Assembly (NCBI GenBank): GCA_043228905.1 | Contig: JBHGNT010000005.1 | Location: forward strand, 744,001-808,000 | Length of the DNA: 64,000 nt | Direction of reading: 5' to 3' | From: Azolla caroliniana | Taxonomy: Eukaryota > Plantae > Polypodiophyta | Part shown: in pieces, positions 42,672 through 53,500 of the stretch | Layout: each line of letters starts with the position of its first letter | Numbering within the stretch: the first letter of the stretch is position 1 | The notes under the pieces: model-generated | Seen by the model: only the letters and a program-made list of their open reading frames with translations | Databases searched by the model: none | Told to the model about the DNA's origin: nothing | Program-made: the position numbers and the translations under genes

Positions 42672-43423
42672 TGTTGGGGTTTTGGACTAGGAGGAAAGAA
42701 AATTCTAAGGCAATTAAGAATATAAAATATATTGTAAGAAAGAAAGATATGAAAAACTCGTGAATCCCCCCGAGTATAGTGTATTAGTGAGTACTCAAAT
42801 TAAGAGAGAAAAAATAGTTAGCAAACTCGTGGATCCCACGATTATATTATATTCATCAACCCTTGTAAAATAATCAACAACCTCTATACATCTTTGTCTC
42901 TTCCTTATATAGTGTTGGAAGAGTCTAAGTTTATCACACGCAAGCATCATGCTTTTCCTATCTTTAGTTTTCATGCACACTGCATGTGCATGAGTAGCTT
43001 TCTATCTCATCTTTTCTTTTAACTCGAGTGTCTATGCATGAATAACTTTTTGTACCATGCATGTCTAGAAATTTTACATGGGATAAAGTTTAGTATAACT
43101 TTAAAATTCATAATACGCTAGTATAATGATAAGGCTTAACATTATTAACATAGAGGTGCAAGGTTCGAATCTTGCCCTATGCATGTAATATATATATGTT
43201 TATACTTTCTTCTATTTACAAATATATCTCTTCATTCGGTGCTTGCTAGTTTTCTTTGTCTGGTTCTTACTGGGACCTCCTTACCGATCTCTTCGTCCGT
43301 TTCTCACTGACTCTCACCGGCCTTCTTCATCCGGCTCTTGCCGGATCTCCTTACCGGTTTCGGTCCTTACCAGTTCCTTCTTCCGGTTCTCACCGGGTAC
43401 TCCATGCCCTATCCGGAGAGACA
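42672..43423 (-). mobile_element. LTR-like segment interrupting Copia A
   Basis: Minus strand runs TGTCTCTCCGG...CCCCAACA, with TATA-like cactatataaggaa at ~42901-42915 and CCGG-rich subrepeats at 43280-43420. No matching TSD (ggaac vs aaaaa), so the right end is uncertain. Confidence 0.6.
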
Positions 43424-43444
43424 AAAAATGTAATTTTTCACGTA

Positions 43445-43602
43445 GTGCCGAAGGTTTTGTAGTCAACAATATCCGTAATTGTGAGAAAGTGTTACGGAAG
43501 TTAGAAGATGTGCATCTAACACTTTCCGGAGAGAAATCGGCATTCGGACAAGCAGAAATATTGGTAGTCGGACATCTATGTGGGCCCTACGGCCGAAGAC
43601 CG
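43445..43602 (+). mobile_element. Short Ty3/Gypsy RT fragment
   Basis: FVVNNIRNCEKVLRKLEDVHLTLSGEKSAFGQAEILVVGHLCGPYGRRP resembles the C-terminal end of Gypsy RT (L..EKC.F....V.YLGH). Confidence 0.7.
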
Positions 43603-43651
43603 TGACAAACCATGAGTAGAGAAAAACTACATGTAAAGTTGTCTCTCTCTT

Positions 43652-43689
<38 letters not shown>

Positions 43690-43739
43690 TGCAAATGGGT
43701 GGACTTTCTCTCTCAGTGAATATGAGCGAACTGTTCGGT

Positions 43740-46654
43740 ATGTCGCTATGTTCTATATTCTGTTTACCATTGATTCAATCTTCAACCAAGTCCACCTCGC
43801 AGCACCAACAGCGCAGTGCAGCAGATGTGAGGAAAGCCCGTCCAATTCGCGCCAATTCAGCATCAGCCCCTCCAACCATAGAAGAAGAACGGCCTCTCAA
43901 CAAATACAGCTGCAGAGTGACACAGCCCAAATCACAAGGTGGTTCTCAAGCCATTTTCTATGGAGTTGGGCTCAGTGAAGATGACCTCAATAAACCTCAA
44001 ATCGGCATTTCTTCAGTGTGGTACGAAGGAAATACATGTAATATGCATCTTCTCAAACTCTCTGAGAAGGTGAAAGAAGGTGTTGAAGAGGCAGGAATGG
44101 TTGGGTTCCGGTTTAACACCATTGGTGTGAGTGATGCTATCTCTATGGGCACGGAGGGTATGTCTTATAGCTTGCAATCTAGAGACTTGATTGCTGATAG
44201 TATCGAAACTGTCATGGGTGGTCAATGGTACGATGCAAATATTTCGATCCCTGGATGTGACAAGAACGTGAGTTAATTTTTTGGTCTACATTCTTCTGTC
44301 TTATTTATATAAAGTTAGATGTATGTATTATGTATGCATGTGTGTGTTTATGAATGTATGTATGAGTAGATGATTTAAGAAGCAAAAGCAACCTAGTTAT
44401 TTTATTGGAGCGATGGTCTTTTATTGTTATCATCAAGTTAACTATCAACTTTGAAGGTGAGTCCACAATTGAAGGGAAATTGTGGTTTCACATATAATAA
44501 GCTTGATGTGTTTAGATTAGAAACCTTCAAATATTGACATAAAATCTGTGAAGAAGGTTGATATTAAGATGAAGGTTCATATTAAGTTTACGTAAATACT
44601 GGTGGATAAATGGAGTTAAATTTTGATGTTAAAATGCAGATGCCGGGCACAATCATGGCCATGGCAAGAGTCAATCGTCCTGGCATTATGATCTATGGCG
44701 GAACTATTAAGGTAATAATGTACATTAATTAAAGAACCGGCTATACCCCGAACAATCCCCATTTGTGTTGATTTCTAGAAATTAATGCGAGGAACAAAAA
44801 GATATTATTTCATAAGGTTACAGAATACATGATTGTTGACTGGTCCATTTTGATTATGCTTTGTATGTAGAGTTTCCATCTTTCGATTCATGGTGCTTTT
44901 TTTTTGTGGCAGCCTGGTTTATCGGAGGGGAACACCTATGACATAGTTTCGGCTTTCCAGGTATTTAAATCCAATATAAGGAGTACTAGTGTTCATCTCT
45001 TGCATTGACTTGGGATTCTTTTATATCCCGTTTTCTATTCTATTTTGGTGGAAAGTCTAATGGTATGTGATTGCAATTTGGGAAGGTGTATGGTGAATAT
45101 GTCAATGGATCTATTAGTGATGAACAACGCAAGAAAGTACTAAAGAACTCCTGTCCAGGAGCAGGGGCATGTGGGGGTATGTACACAGCAAACACTATGG
45201 CCACTGCCATAGAGACACTGGGGATGTCACTTCCTTACAGGTATTTACTTTCTACTAGTCGAAAATGATTAGCAGTACGGAATAATATGTACACATATAT
45301 GTGGATAAATGTGTACATATGTATGGATGTGTATATGCCTGATGTCAGGAATTCTGAGGAGAAAGTTAACATTAATCAAATAAAACCAAAAAAATTGAAA
45401 AAACATTAAATAAGGTCATAGAAGAGAACACAATGACATGACATTGGATGTGTGTATGTAAGCATGAATAAAAATTGGTCTGCGTGTATTATGTGTGTAC
45501 AATGTATGTATGCATAATAGTTTAGCTGTTCAGTGAAAGGATTTTCATGTAGGCATAAATATCTCTTTAAGCATATGAGTGAAAATGATGGATTCAATCT
45601 GCATCTACTAATGTTTATATTTTATGATGGCTTATTTCAGTTCCTCCATTCCTGCTGAAGACCCTTTGAAACTCGATGAATGCCGCATGGCTGGGAAATA
45701 CATGTTAGAGCTTTTAAAGAAAGATTTGAAGCCTAGGGACATCATCACCAGAAAATCACTACACAATGCTATGGTTATGGTAATGGCTCTGGGTGGATCA
45801 ACAAATGCTGTCCTTCACCTTATTGCCATAGCTAGGTAAAGTTCTCTCTTTTTGACCTTATTCTTGTTTATAGATACAAAGTAACAAATGTTTCTGTGAC
45901 CATTTGTTTTCAAATCGGAAAATGAAAATATTAATTTCTATATCTATGATGCATATTGAACATTGTACAGATCAGTGGGAATAGATTTGAAACTTGATGA
46001 TTTCCAGAAAGTGAGTGATAAGGTTCCCCTCCTTGCAGACCTCAAACCGAGTGGGAAATATGTCATGGAGGATCTTCACAAGGTAATTGATGATGCTAGA
46101 TCATTGTAATAACATTCATGCATATGCAAGAATTAACCTATGTTTGGGGTATATTTTGAAAATTTTAATATCTTAGGTTGGAGGCACACCTGCAGTCATT
46201 AAATACTTGCTAAAGAAGGGTTTCATTGATGGTGATTGTATGACAGGTTTATTTTTAAGCTCTTTCTTTTAGCATGATAATATTATCTTGACATAAAGCT
46301 GGGAAAAATTACTTTAAATATGCTTGTGTATAGGAGATTCATAAAAGTATTCTTGCTTATTTGAAAAGCATATTCAAAGCATATTCGAAGTATATTCTTT
46401 GTTTCTATGAATTCAGTAACTGGAAAAACATTGGCCGAAAATGTGGCTGGATGCCCAGCATTGTCAGAAGGCCAGGCAAGTTATGTAATCCTATTCTCTT
46501 TTGCTAACTCATGAAGATTGATCTTTTGAAGGGATCATTTGGCATGATTTTGCTTTGAAACTTTTGGCAGAAAATAATCTTACCAATTGTGGATCTTGTT
46601 TCATTCTCATACATAGGTCCTTCTACATCACAGATGTTTGTTCTTCCGCATTGA
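43740..46654 (+). pseudogene. DHAD: Truncated duplicate of dihydroxy-acid dehydratase (exons 1-8 and the start of exon 9), fused to an LTR end
   Basis: Exons 43740(or 43695)-44267, 44640-44711, 44913-44960, 45086-45240, 45641-45835, 45971-46082, 46177-46246, 46417-46475, 46571-46589. Collinear with the copy 17403 bp downstream until 46589, then reads VDLVSFSYIGPSTSQMFVLPH* (stop 46652-46654). Confidence 0.9.
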
Positions 46655-46671
46655 CGACCTTGTCCCAAACA
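46590..46671 (+). mobile_element. U5 end of a Copia-B-family LTR, in opposite orientation to Copia B
   Basis: Its reverse complement matches 48674-48757 (acaaggtcgtca..g.ggaagaacaaa..catctgtgatgt.gaaggacct.tgtat.agaatgaa). It ends AAACA at 46671. Confidence 0.8.
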
Positions 46672-48971
46672 GATGTCGGGTGTGATGCGACTACCTATTT
46701 GCCGTATTGGCAATGCTCACAGAATTGCTGATCCAAGAAGGAGAGTTTGGGGATGTAACCGACTCTAGATAGGTGCGTTATGCCAGCCTTGCTAAGGTGT
46801 CCAAGTCGTCTGTGCCATAACGATGACACAGGGATATCAACCAAAAATAAGTCTCCCTCTTTGAGTGTGACATATAAAGGGTACAAGGAGTGTACCTTTG
46901 GTCCTCGAGCAAGTGGAGGTTCCCTTTGTGGAGTGTCCACCCTCCTAATAAGAATCCGACACGGATGCCGTCTTCGTTAAGCTGTCCGACTGAGATCAAG
47001 GGTCTTGAGAGCTAAGGAACGTGTTAGACGTTGTGTAGTACGAGTGTAGAGACATCTAGAAGGTTGAGCTCTACGGTGCCGATTCTGATTATAGCACAAT
47101 GCTGTGAGTTTTCAATTCGAACTGAGTCGGAGTGCCAGTCTGAGTATTGCCGAAACTGAGATCGGTGAGGTGTCACATGATACGATGCACCCAAGTCTAG
47201 GAGCCATGTGCTCGATTCCTCGATCGTAAGCAGAACTTCTGATTCGACTGGGTTCTCTATGGACAATATGTTCGGGTCGGTCGTCAAAATTTCAGCTGAA
47301 GAGCCGACGTAGTTGACCTCCTCATGCTGGCTACTCTTTTGATCCGCTCTCTGAGCTTTGTCGGTTTTTACTTTGAGTGCCCGATAGTCGGCTTTGATGT
47401 GTCCTGGTTTCTTGCAATAGTTGCAGATTCGGTTGTCCCGAGACTTGCTCTGGCTGCATTGATTGTTCGGCGGTCGGGAAGAACTTCTTCCTCGATTGTT
47501 CGATCGGTCGGTCAAACCTTGTACTACGTAAGCTTTATCTGTCGAGTCTTTGGCGAAAGACTTTCTCCGAGCTGCTTCAATCAAGATTGCACTGGTGATT
47601 TCAGAGTACTTAACGGTAGTTGTTGAAGCATTGCACACGGTTGTAACGAAAGTTTCCCATGAAGAGGGGAGACTACTCATGAGTATCATTGCTTTGAGTT
47701 CATCCTCGATTTCCGTCCCTTGAGACGAGATTTGGGAGCTTATGCTTTCGTACTCGTTGAGGTGTGCCTGAATCGAATCAGATTTTTTCATCCGCAAGTT
47801 GTAGAGGCGCTGGATCAGATACATCTTCGTTGCAATGACCTTCTTTTCATAAGTGTCCGATAGTATTTTCCATAGTTCAAAAGTTGTCGAGCACGATTGC
47901 ACTGTGAAGTACACTGACTCTGACAAGTGCATTCAATCGTGGCGCGGACGATTCTGTCCAACTTTAGCCAATCATTTGCCTTGTATGCTTCTTGAGAATT
48001 TTCATTCTCAATCGGGTCTATCTGACCCTTAACTATGAGATATTCTTGCATTTGTTCCTTTCAAAAGTTGAAGTTCGAACTGTCGAACTTCCTTAGACTC
48101 ATCTTCGATGAGCTGGATGTTGATGCCATCTGCTTCAGTTTCGGTTGGTAAGACTCGATTCAGAGTTGACCACGAACCTTAATGGGGTGCAACCGGTCAG
48201 CTTACCCGATATCGTTCTAGTCTGTTTTGAACCCGAGTTGGTTTGGTTTCGGATAATTGTTGTTGAACTTGCTCGGAGTGACTCCGGTAACTTGAGGGAC
48301 AGAACCGCCTGGTCTTCCCGAATGTTGCCGAGTCGGAGTGAGCTCGGTTAGCTTCCTATTGTTAGCTTCCTATTGTATGCTTCCTATTATATGGTGACTA
48401 TCTTAGGGCAACTGCCCTTTATGCTATTTACAAAAATAGCCCAGACTTGGGTTGTTCAAAGGGACAGTGTGAATACGGCCATTATACAGTCGTATTCGAC
48501 CCATAGTACAACTGGCTAGCTTACTCCTATTAGTAACTTAACACAGTGAGATGCAAAACTTCTTGGTTGTCTTCTCTCTTCTTTGTTCTTCAAGAAGTTA
48601 CAAAGACAGAATGTTGTGGTGTACGATGACGGTCGGCAACGGGTTGAAGAACCTCCAACGCTCTGATACCGAATGTTGTGAAACAAGGTCGTCAGTGTGG
48701 AAGAACAAAAAACATCTGTGATGTTGAAGGACCTGTGTATAAGAATGAACAAGATACACACATAGAGAGAGAGAGATAGGCACAAAAATGTTTTCTTTCT
48801 TGATAACAACCGTTACAAGATGACAACCAACCTCTAATAAAGGTTAGAAAGTCACTTTATATAGTGACTACCCTAGGGCAACAACCCTTTATGTTATTTA
48901 CAGAAATAGCCCAAACTTGGGTTGTCCAAAGGGACAGTGTGAATACGGGCATTATACACTCTTATTCGACA
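46672..48971 (-). mobile_element. Ty1/Copia element B, 3'-truncated (5' LTR 48674-48971, PBS, gag, protease, GAG-pre-integrase)
   Basis: LTR TGTCGAA...CACAACA (298 bp). tRNA-iMet-type PBS (plus strand gctctgatacc, 48660-48670). Gag with YLIQRLYNLRM, MSSLPSSWETFV and CNYCKKPGHIK zinc knuckle; WLLDLGASYHVT protease; LWHRRLGH. Confidence 0.93.
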
Positions 48972-50088
48972 CTAGGGTTCATTGGTCGGTGAGCCATTGT
49001 GGTGCCACGTGTTCTTGGTCTAGAAGTTTGTGCATGCCTCAAGTTCTTTTAATAGCGTCTCTACCTTCTCTTTCTTTTTTCTTTTTTTTCTTTTTGTAAC
49101 GGTTACAAACAATATTATTTTTACACTATAGTATAAGTAGGGCTCTATACTTACTCCACGATTCTCTTGCTTTGTCCTATCCGGCGGGGAACGGGTTAGG
49201 TGGCGTAGGTCCTAGATAAGGTTTAAGGCAAAACCCATTCACCTTTTGTCGTAACATTTCCCCGACCAGCGTGCCAAGTTGAAACGTGCCCTGTTCCGCT
49301 CCCACTATCCAGTACGGACTTGTCCAACGGAATCTTAGCTTTCCTGGCATTTGCCCCATGAGTGTTTGAAAAACTAATACCGCTTTCCCAACTGTAAAAT
49401 CTTTTTCATGTGCATGGCGATGTCGGTCCACGAATGCTTTGCGTTGTCGTTGTTCCTACTCTAATATGGCCATACTACGTAACCTTGTTTCGCCTAGTTC
49501 TAGCAGTTGTAGCTAAATTTGCTCGGATTTGCCCTTTGGCAACCGGGCTCGTACTTGAATCTGCAGATTGGGTACCTGGAATTCGACTGGCATCACGGCC
49601 TCCAGCCCAAATGCTAGCCGGAAAGGCGTCGATTGTATGTTGGTCTTATAGATGGTGTTGTATGCCCATAACGCGCTATACAATTTGGTATCCCAATCCG
49701 TTCTGTTTGCAATATTCAAACGCATCCTTTTGCGTAGTAGGCTACCAAAGTCCTGCTTGCCAGATTTTTCGAGCCGTAACATCGCCCGCGTAATGTCCTC
49801 CCGCCGTACCACAGTGGGCTTCGCGTAAAACCACAGTCTTCTCATCCTGCCATATTCCGCACCTCCAGATTCCGTCACTCCCTTTGTGATATAGGACATC
49901 TTCCACTAAACAGAAATTTTGACTTCGTACGACCAACCGTTTTTTCTTGTCCATCGTTAATTGGGGTGGCGGTAACTCTGTGGTTAGAAAGTAGGTCATT
50001 TCCATCAACCACTGATCCGGAAAAGTCTTTTCTATTCTTTCTGCTATAGTTGTTATATGCAAAATGTTCGCATTCGGAAAGTTGTCGT

Positions 50089-50543
50089 CGTTACGGGCAT
50101 GACCATTTAATATCCTGTGGTGAGAATTTACCGTAGTATTCTATACACGTGGATAAGTGTGAGGGTTAAACGAGAGTGTAAAGAAGGGGAGGATTACTTT
50201 TAATCCTCGGGATTGAGACAACCCATTAGGTCAAGGGTGAACTTGCCTGGGGGCCTTGGGTATCGCTATAAATAAGAGGCCTAGCTACCCTCATTTGATC
50301 AGCTTTTGACTACATCGAGACTCTGCTCGTGTGGTGGGTCAACTCTTGTAGCGAGCGCTCCAGGACCAGGTACGACTCGACACCACGGCGGTGGTATGGG
50401 ACGCCGATCGAGGCTCGAGTTCGTCTCGATCCCTTCGCTCGGGGGTGGTCGGGTGGATCGGCACCCTTCTTTCTCTTTCTCCTTTCTATCTTTCATTTCT
50501 TTATCCTTATCTTAAGCTTACTTTAGTACCTAGATCTATAATA
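50089..50543 (+). repeat. 5' LTR of the chromovirus
   Basis: Direct repeat of 57017-57471, with TATA ctataaata at ~50266. Confidence 0.95.
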
Positions 50544-53500
50544 TTTGGTATCAGATTTACGTACTAATGTTTCTTTGTTTTTCATTTGTCTTTTGATTGA
50601 TGCTGATCGATCAATGTGCGGTCGGCCTTGATCCAGACAACGATCAACAAAGAACTTCGGTAACTCTTTCCATAATTTTTCTTTCTATTCTCTCTTCTCC
50701 TATCTAATCATGTGTTTAGTTTATATGCAATTTTTTTTCATTAAGTCAATGATGTTGTAGTGGTCTTTAATTGATTATCTAAAACGTTTACATATGTGCA
50801 CGAGGTCAATACCTCGTTTGACATATTAATAATATGTGATGAGTGTCGTATGCGTACGAGGTTAATACCTCAATTACGTATTACGTTCACGAACATATGT
50901 TACGTTTGCGTATGAGTTGTTGATTTGTTGTAAACGATATGCGGTTGGTCTCGTATGGGTAAGAGGTCAATACCTCAATTGCGTATTACGATGATCTCTT
51001 ATTTGAGGATGTTTCGTGTGCGTAGAGGTATATACCTCGATTACGTATCTCGATCACATCATTTGTGGCTATTTAATATAACAATATGTTTAATATAGGC
51101 ATATGTGGTCACATATATACGTATTTGATCGTATATATGTGATAAGTAAACATATGTGTATATTCGTTATTACGTGATTATATCGAAAGTTGTCCTTGTC
51201 GGGAAAAGGATGTTGGTGGTCGTCCTCACATTTTTGTGAGAATGACGTTGTCACCATCCCTTTTTCAAAAAAAAAATATTGTTGATAACCCCGTTGAAGA
51301 CCTCGATTTCGTTATGTAAAGAAACGCCAATAGCCATAATGATGTTGAGTATGTAGGGCTTGACCCACTTCAAGTGAGGTCGCTCCAATGACGCACGTAT
51401 CCAACATCCCTCCCTCGTTACATGGATACGATGCCACCATGAGCTCCTTCTTATGAGAGGCATTCGTAATGACGTGACCATGTGATGGCCCACGTGAGCC
51501 TACTACGAAACAAGGGCTCATTTGGCTTCACCATTAGGTTGCACTTTGGCGTATACCATCGTAATTACGAGACTTGAGGATAGGTAACGTACCAACATAG
51601 TTATGGTAAATGAGGGCGAAATAAGGACCCTTGACATATATGTTCTTTTAAAAAAAACATATATGATCTCGCATATCTTTTATACGCATCAAACATTAAG
51701 CATTTGAGAAGAGCAACTTACTTGGTTGGCTCAAGTGTTTAATGTATTTGTTCTCGAGGTCTCGAGTTCAAATATGACCAAGACCATACAACATCCTTGA
51801 TATATATGACTATAACACATGTTTAGACTTAAGGTCTAAGTGCACCTTGGGGTCCTCGTAATAGGAAGAGCCGAAACCACATATGTGGGCACCGAAACAT
51901 AGTTTATTATTAACATTTTTTTCGTGTATAAACAATTCATGACGCGAACATACATGGTTGAGCCTCGGGGAGCCACCATGAAAAAATCGATATAGAGATC
52001 AGGGAAAGACATTTATTTGTCACCCCCATGGTTTTTAAAACACCTTTGTGTTACCATAGTAACCTGATCTTGAACCTCATCTCATACGTCTAGAGGGGTA
52101 TTGACGTGAGATAATGATATCGATTAATGCTCGCCCATGATATGTTTACATCACGACATGATGTTATGACTATATCTCTGACCTTGTCCTATTTCTTTTC
52201 TAGAAATAATCTTTAATGGCTCAAATTAATGACCCCATGTCATCCGCTCAAGCGGAAGGAACTTAAGGGAATCCTCCTGGACAAATGTCCACTGAGATGT
52301 ATTTGGCACAAATAACCCAATACCTTAGTTTCATCGCTCAACAGATGACCGAACTTCGGCAATCTCAGAGTGCTCTTGAGGCACGTGTCATTAGTCTACA
52401 ACCTGAGACTAATAGACCTGATGAGCGACAAGGTGAACCATCATTTGTCGTTAAGCCATTTACGAGAGACAAAAAGGAAAGAACCGAAGAAGCAATCTGC
52501 ACATGGCTGGGACGATGGGAGTCTCATTTTGAGCTCTATCCCACGCCAGATAGTACGAAGATTGCATATGTCGGCCGAGAACTCAGGGGTAAGGCCGTCG
52601 CCTGGTGGCGTGGGCTCCGTACTATGGGGAAATTGCCCGATACCTGGACAGATTTTGTCACGGTTTTTAAGGGCCAATTTCTGCAACCTCCCTCTCGAAC
52701 CGAGGCAGCACAAGCTTTAATGAACCTCTCTAGCAGGAAATTTTCCTCGCTAGAAGACTATGTTCACCATGCTAGAACCCAAATCCAAAAATGGGGTCTA
52801 GAAGGGGACAATTGGTTGATAGCTTGTTTTGTCAATGGCATCCCCAATTCGGACTATCACTGGATAGTGCACGATAAGGATCCAAAATCCTTCGAAGAGG
52901 CCGTTGAAATAGTTCTTCACTATCAACGCACTTCGAAGGACCACAACAAACCCAACGAAGCGCCCGGGACTAAGCAGTCGCAATTTGTTGGGAAACGTAA
53001 GACACCCAACGAATTCCTGGATCGCGATTGTAAGCGACAACATCCTTTTTGCGTATTCTTCAAAAAGAAGGGTCATACAAAAGATCAATGTCGAAAGCTC
53101 CAACGGAAAGAGCACGACAACAAAGCTAAAGCTGCAGACCATAAAGGTCAGATTCCTAATGTCCTTCAGGTCTATACACATCATTTAAGTAATTGTCAAT
53201 GTTCTTTCCCTCACTATGTATTCGGTCCCAATGATTTACTACGTGCAAACGGGTATATCAATGGATCTCCCGTACAATTTTTATTTGATTCGGGAAGCTC
53301 ACACAATTCTGTGAATGATCGTTTGGTTCAGATATGGGGAATCCAACCCACCGTAAGTGATCACACCTACACGGTGCACTTGGCTGATGGAAGAGTACAA
53401 TACATCAACGGGGCGATTCATTCATTAGGAATTTCTATTGATACTTATATAGAGGAAGTAGACTTCCATGTAATGAATCTTTGTACCACCGATGTAATAC

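Noticed and set aside
46590-48971. Autointegration product of Copia B
   Set aside because: The inverted U5 is clearly diverged from the 5' LTR, and the U3 end joins foreign Gypsy DNA. A nested insertion by a relative is simpler.
50785-51065. Hairpin array as hammerhead ribozymes or a CRISPR array
   Set aside because: No CUGANGA...GAAA core is visible in the right topology, and the repeats are only 14 bp with irregular spacing.
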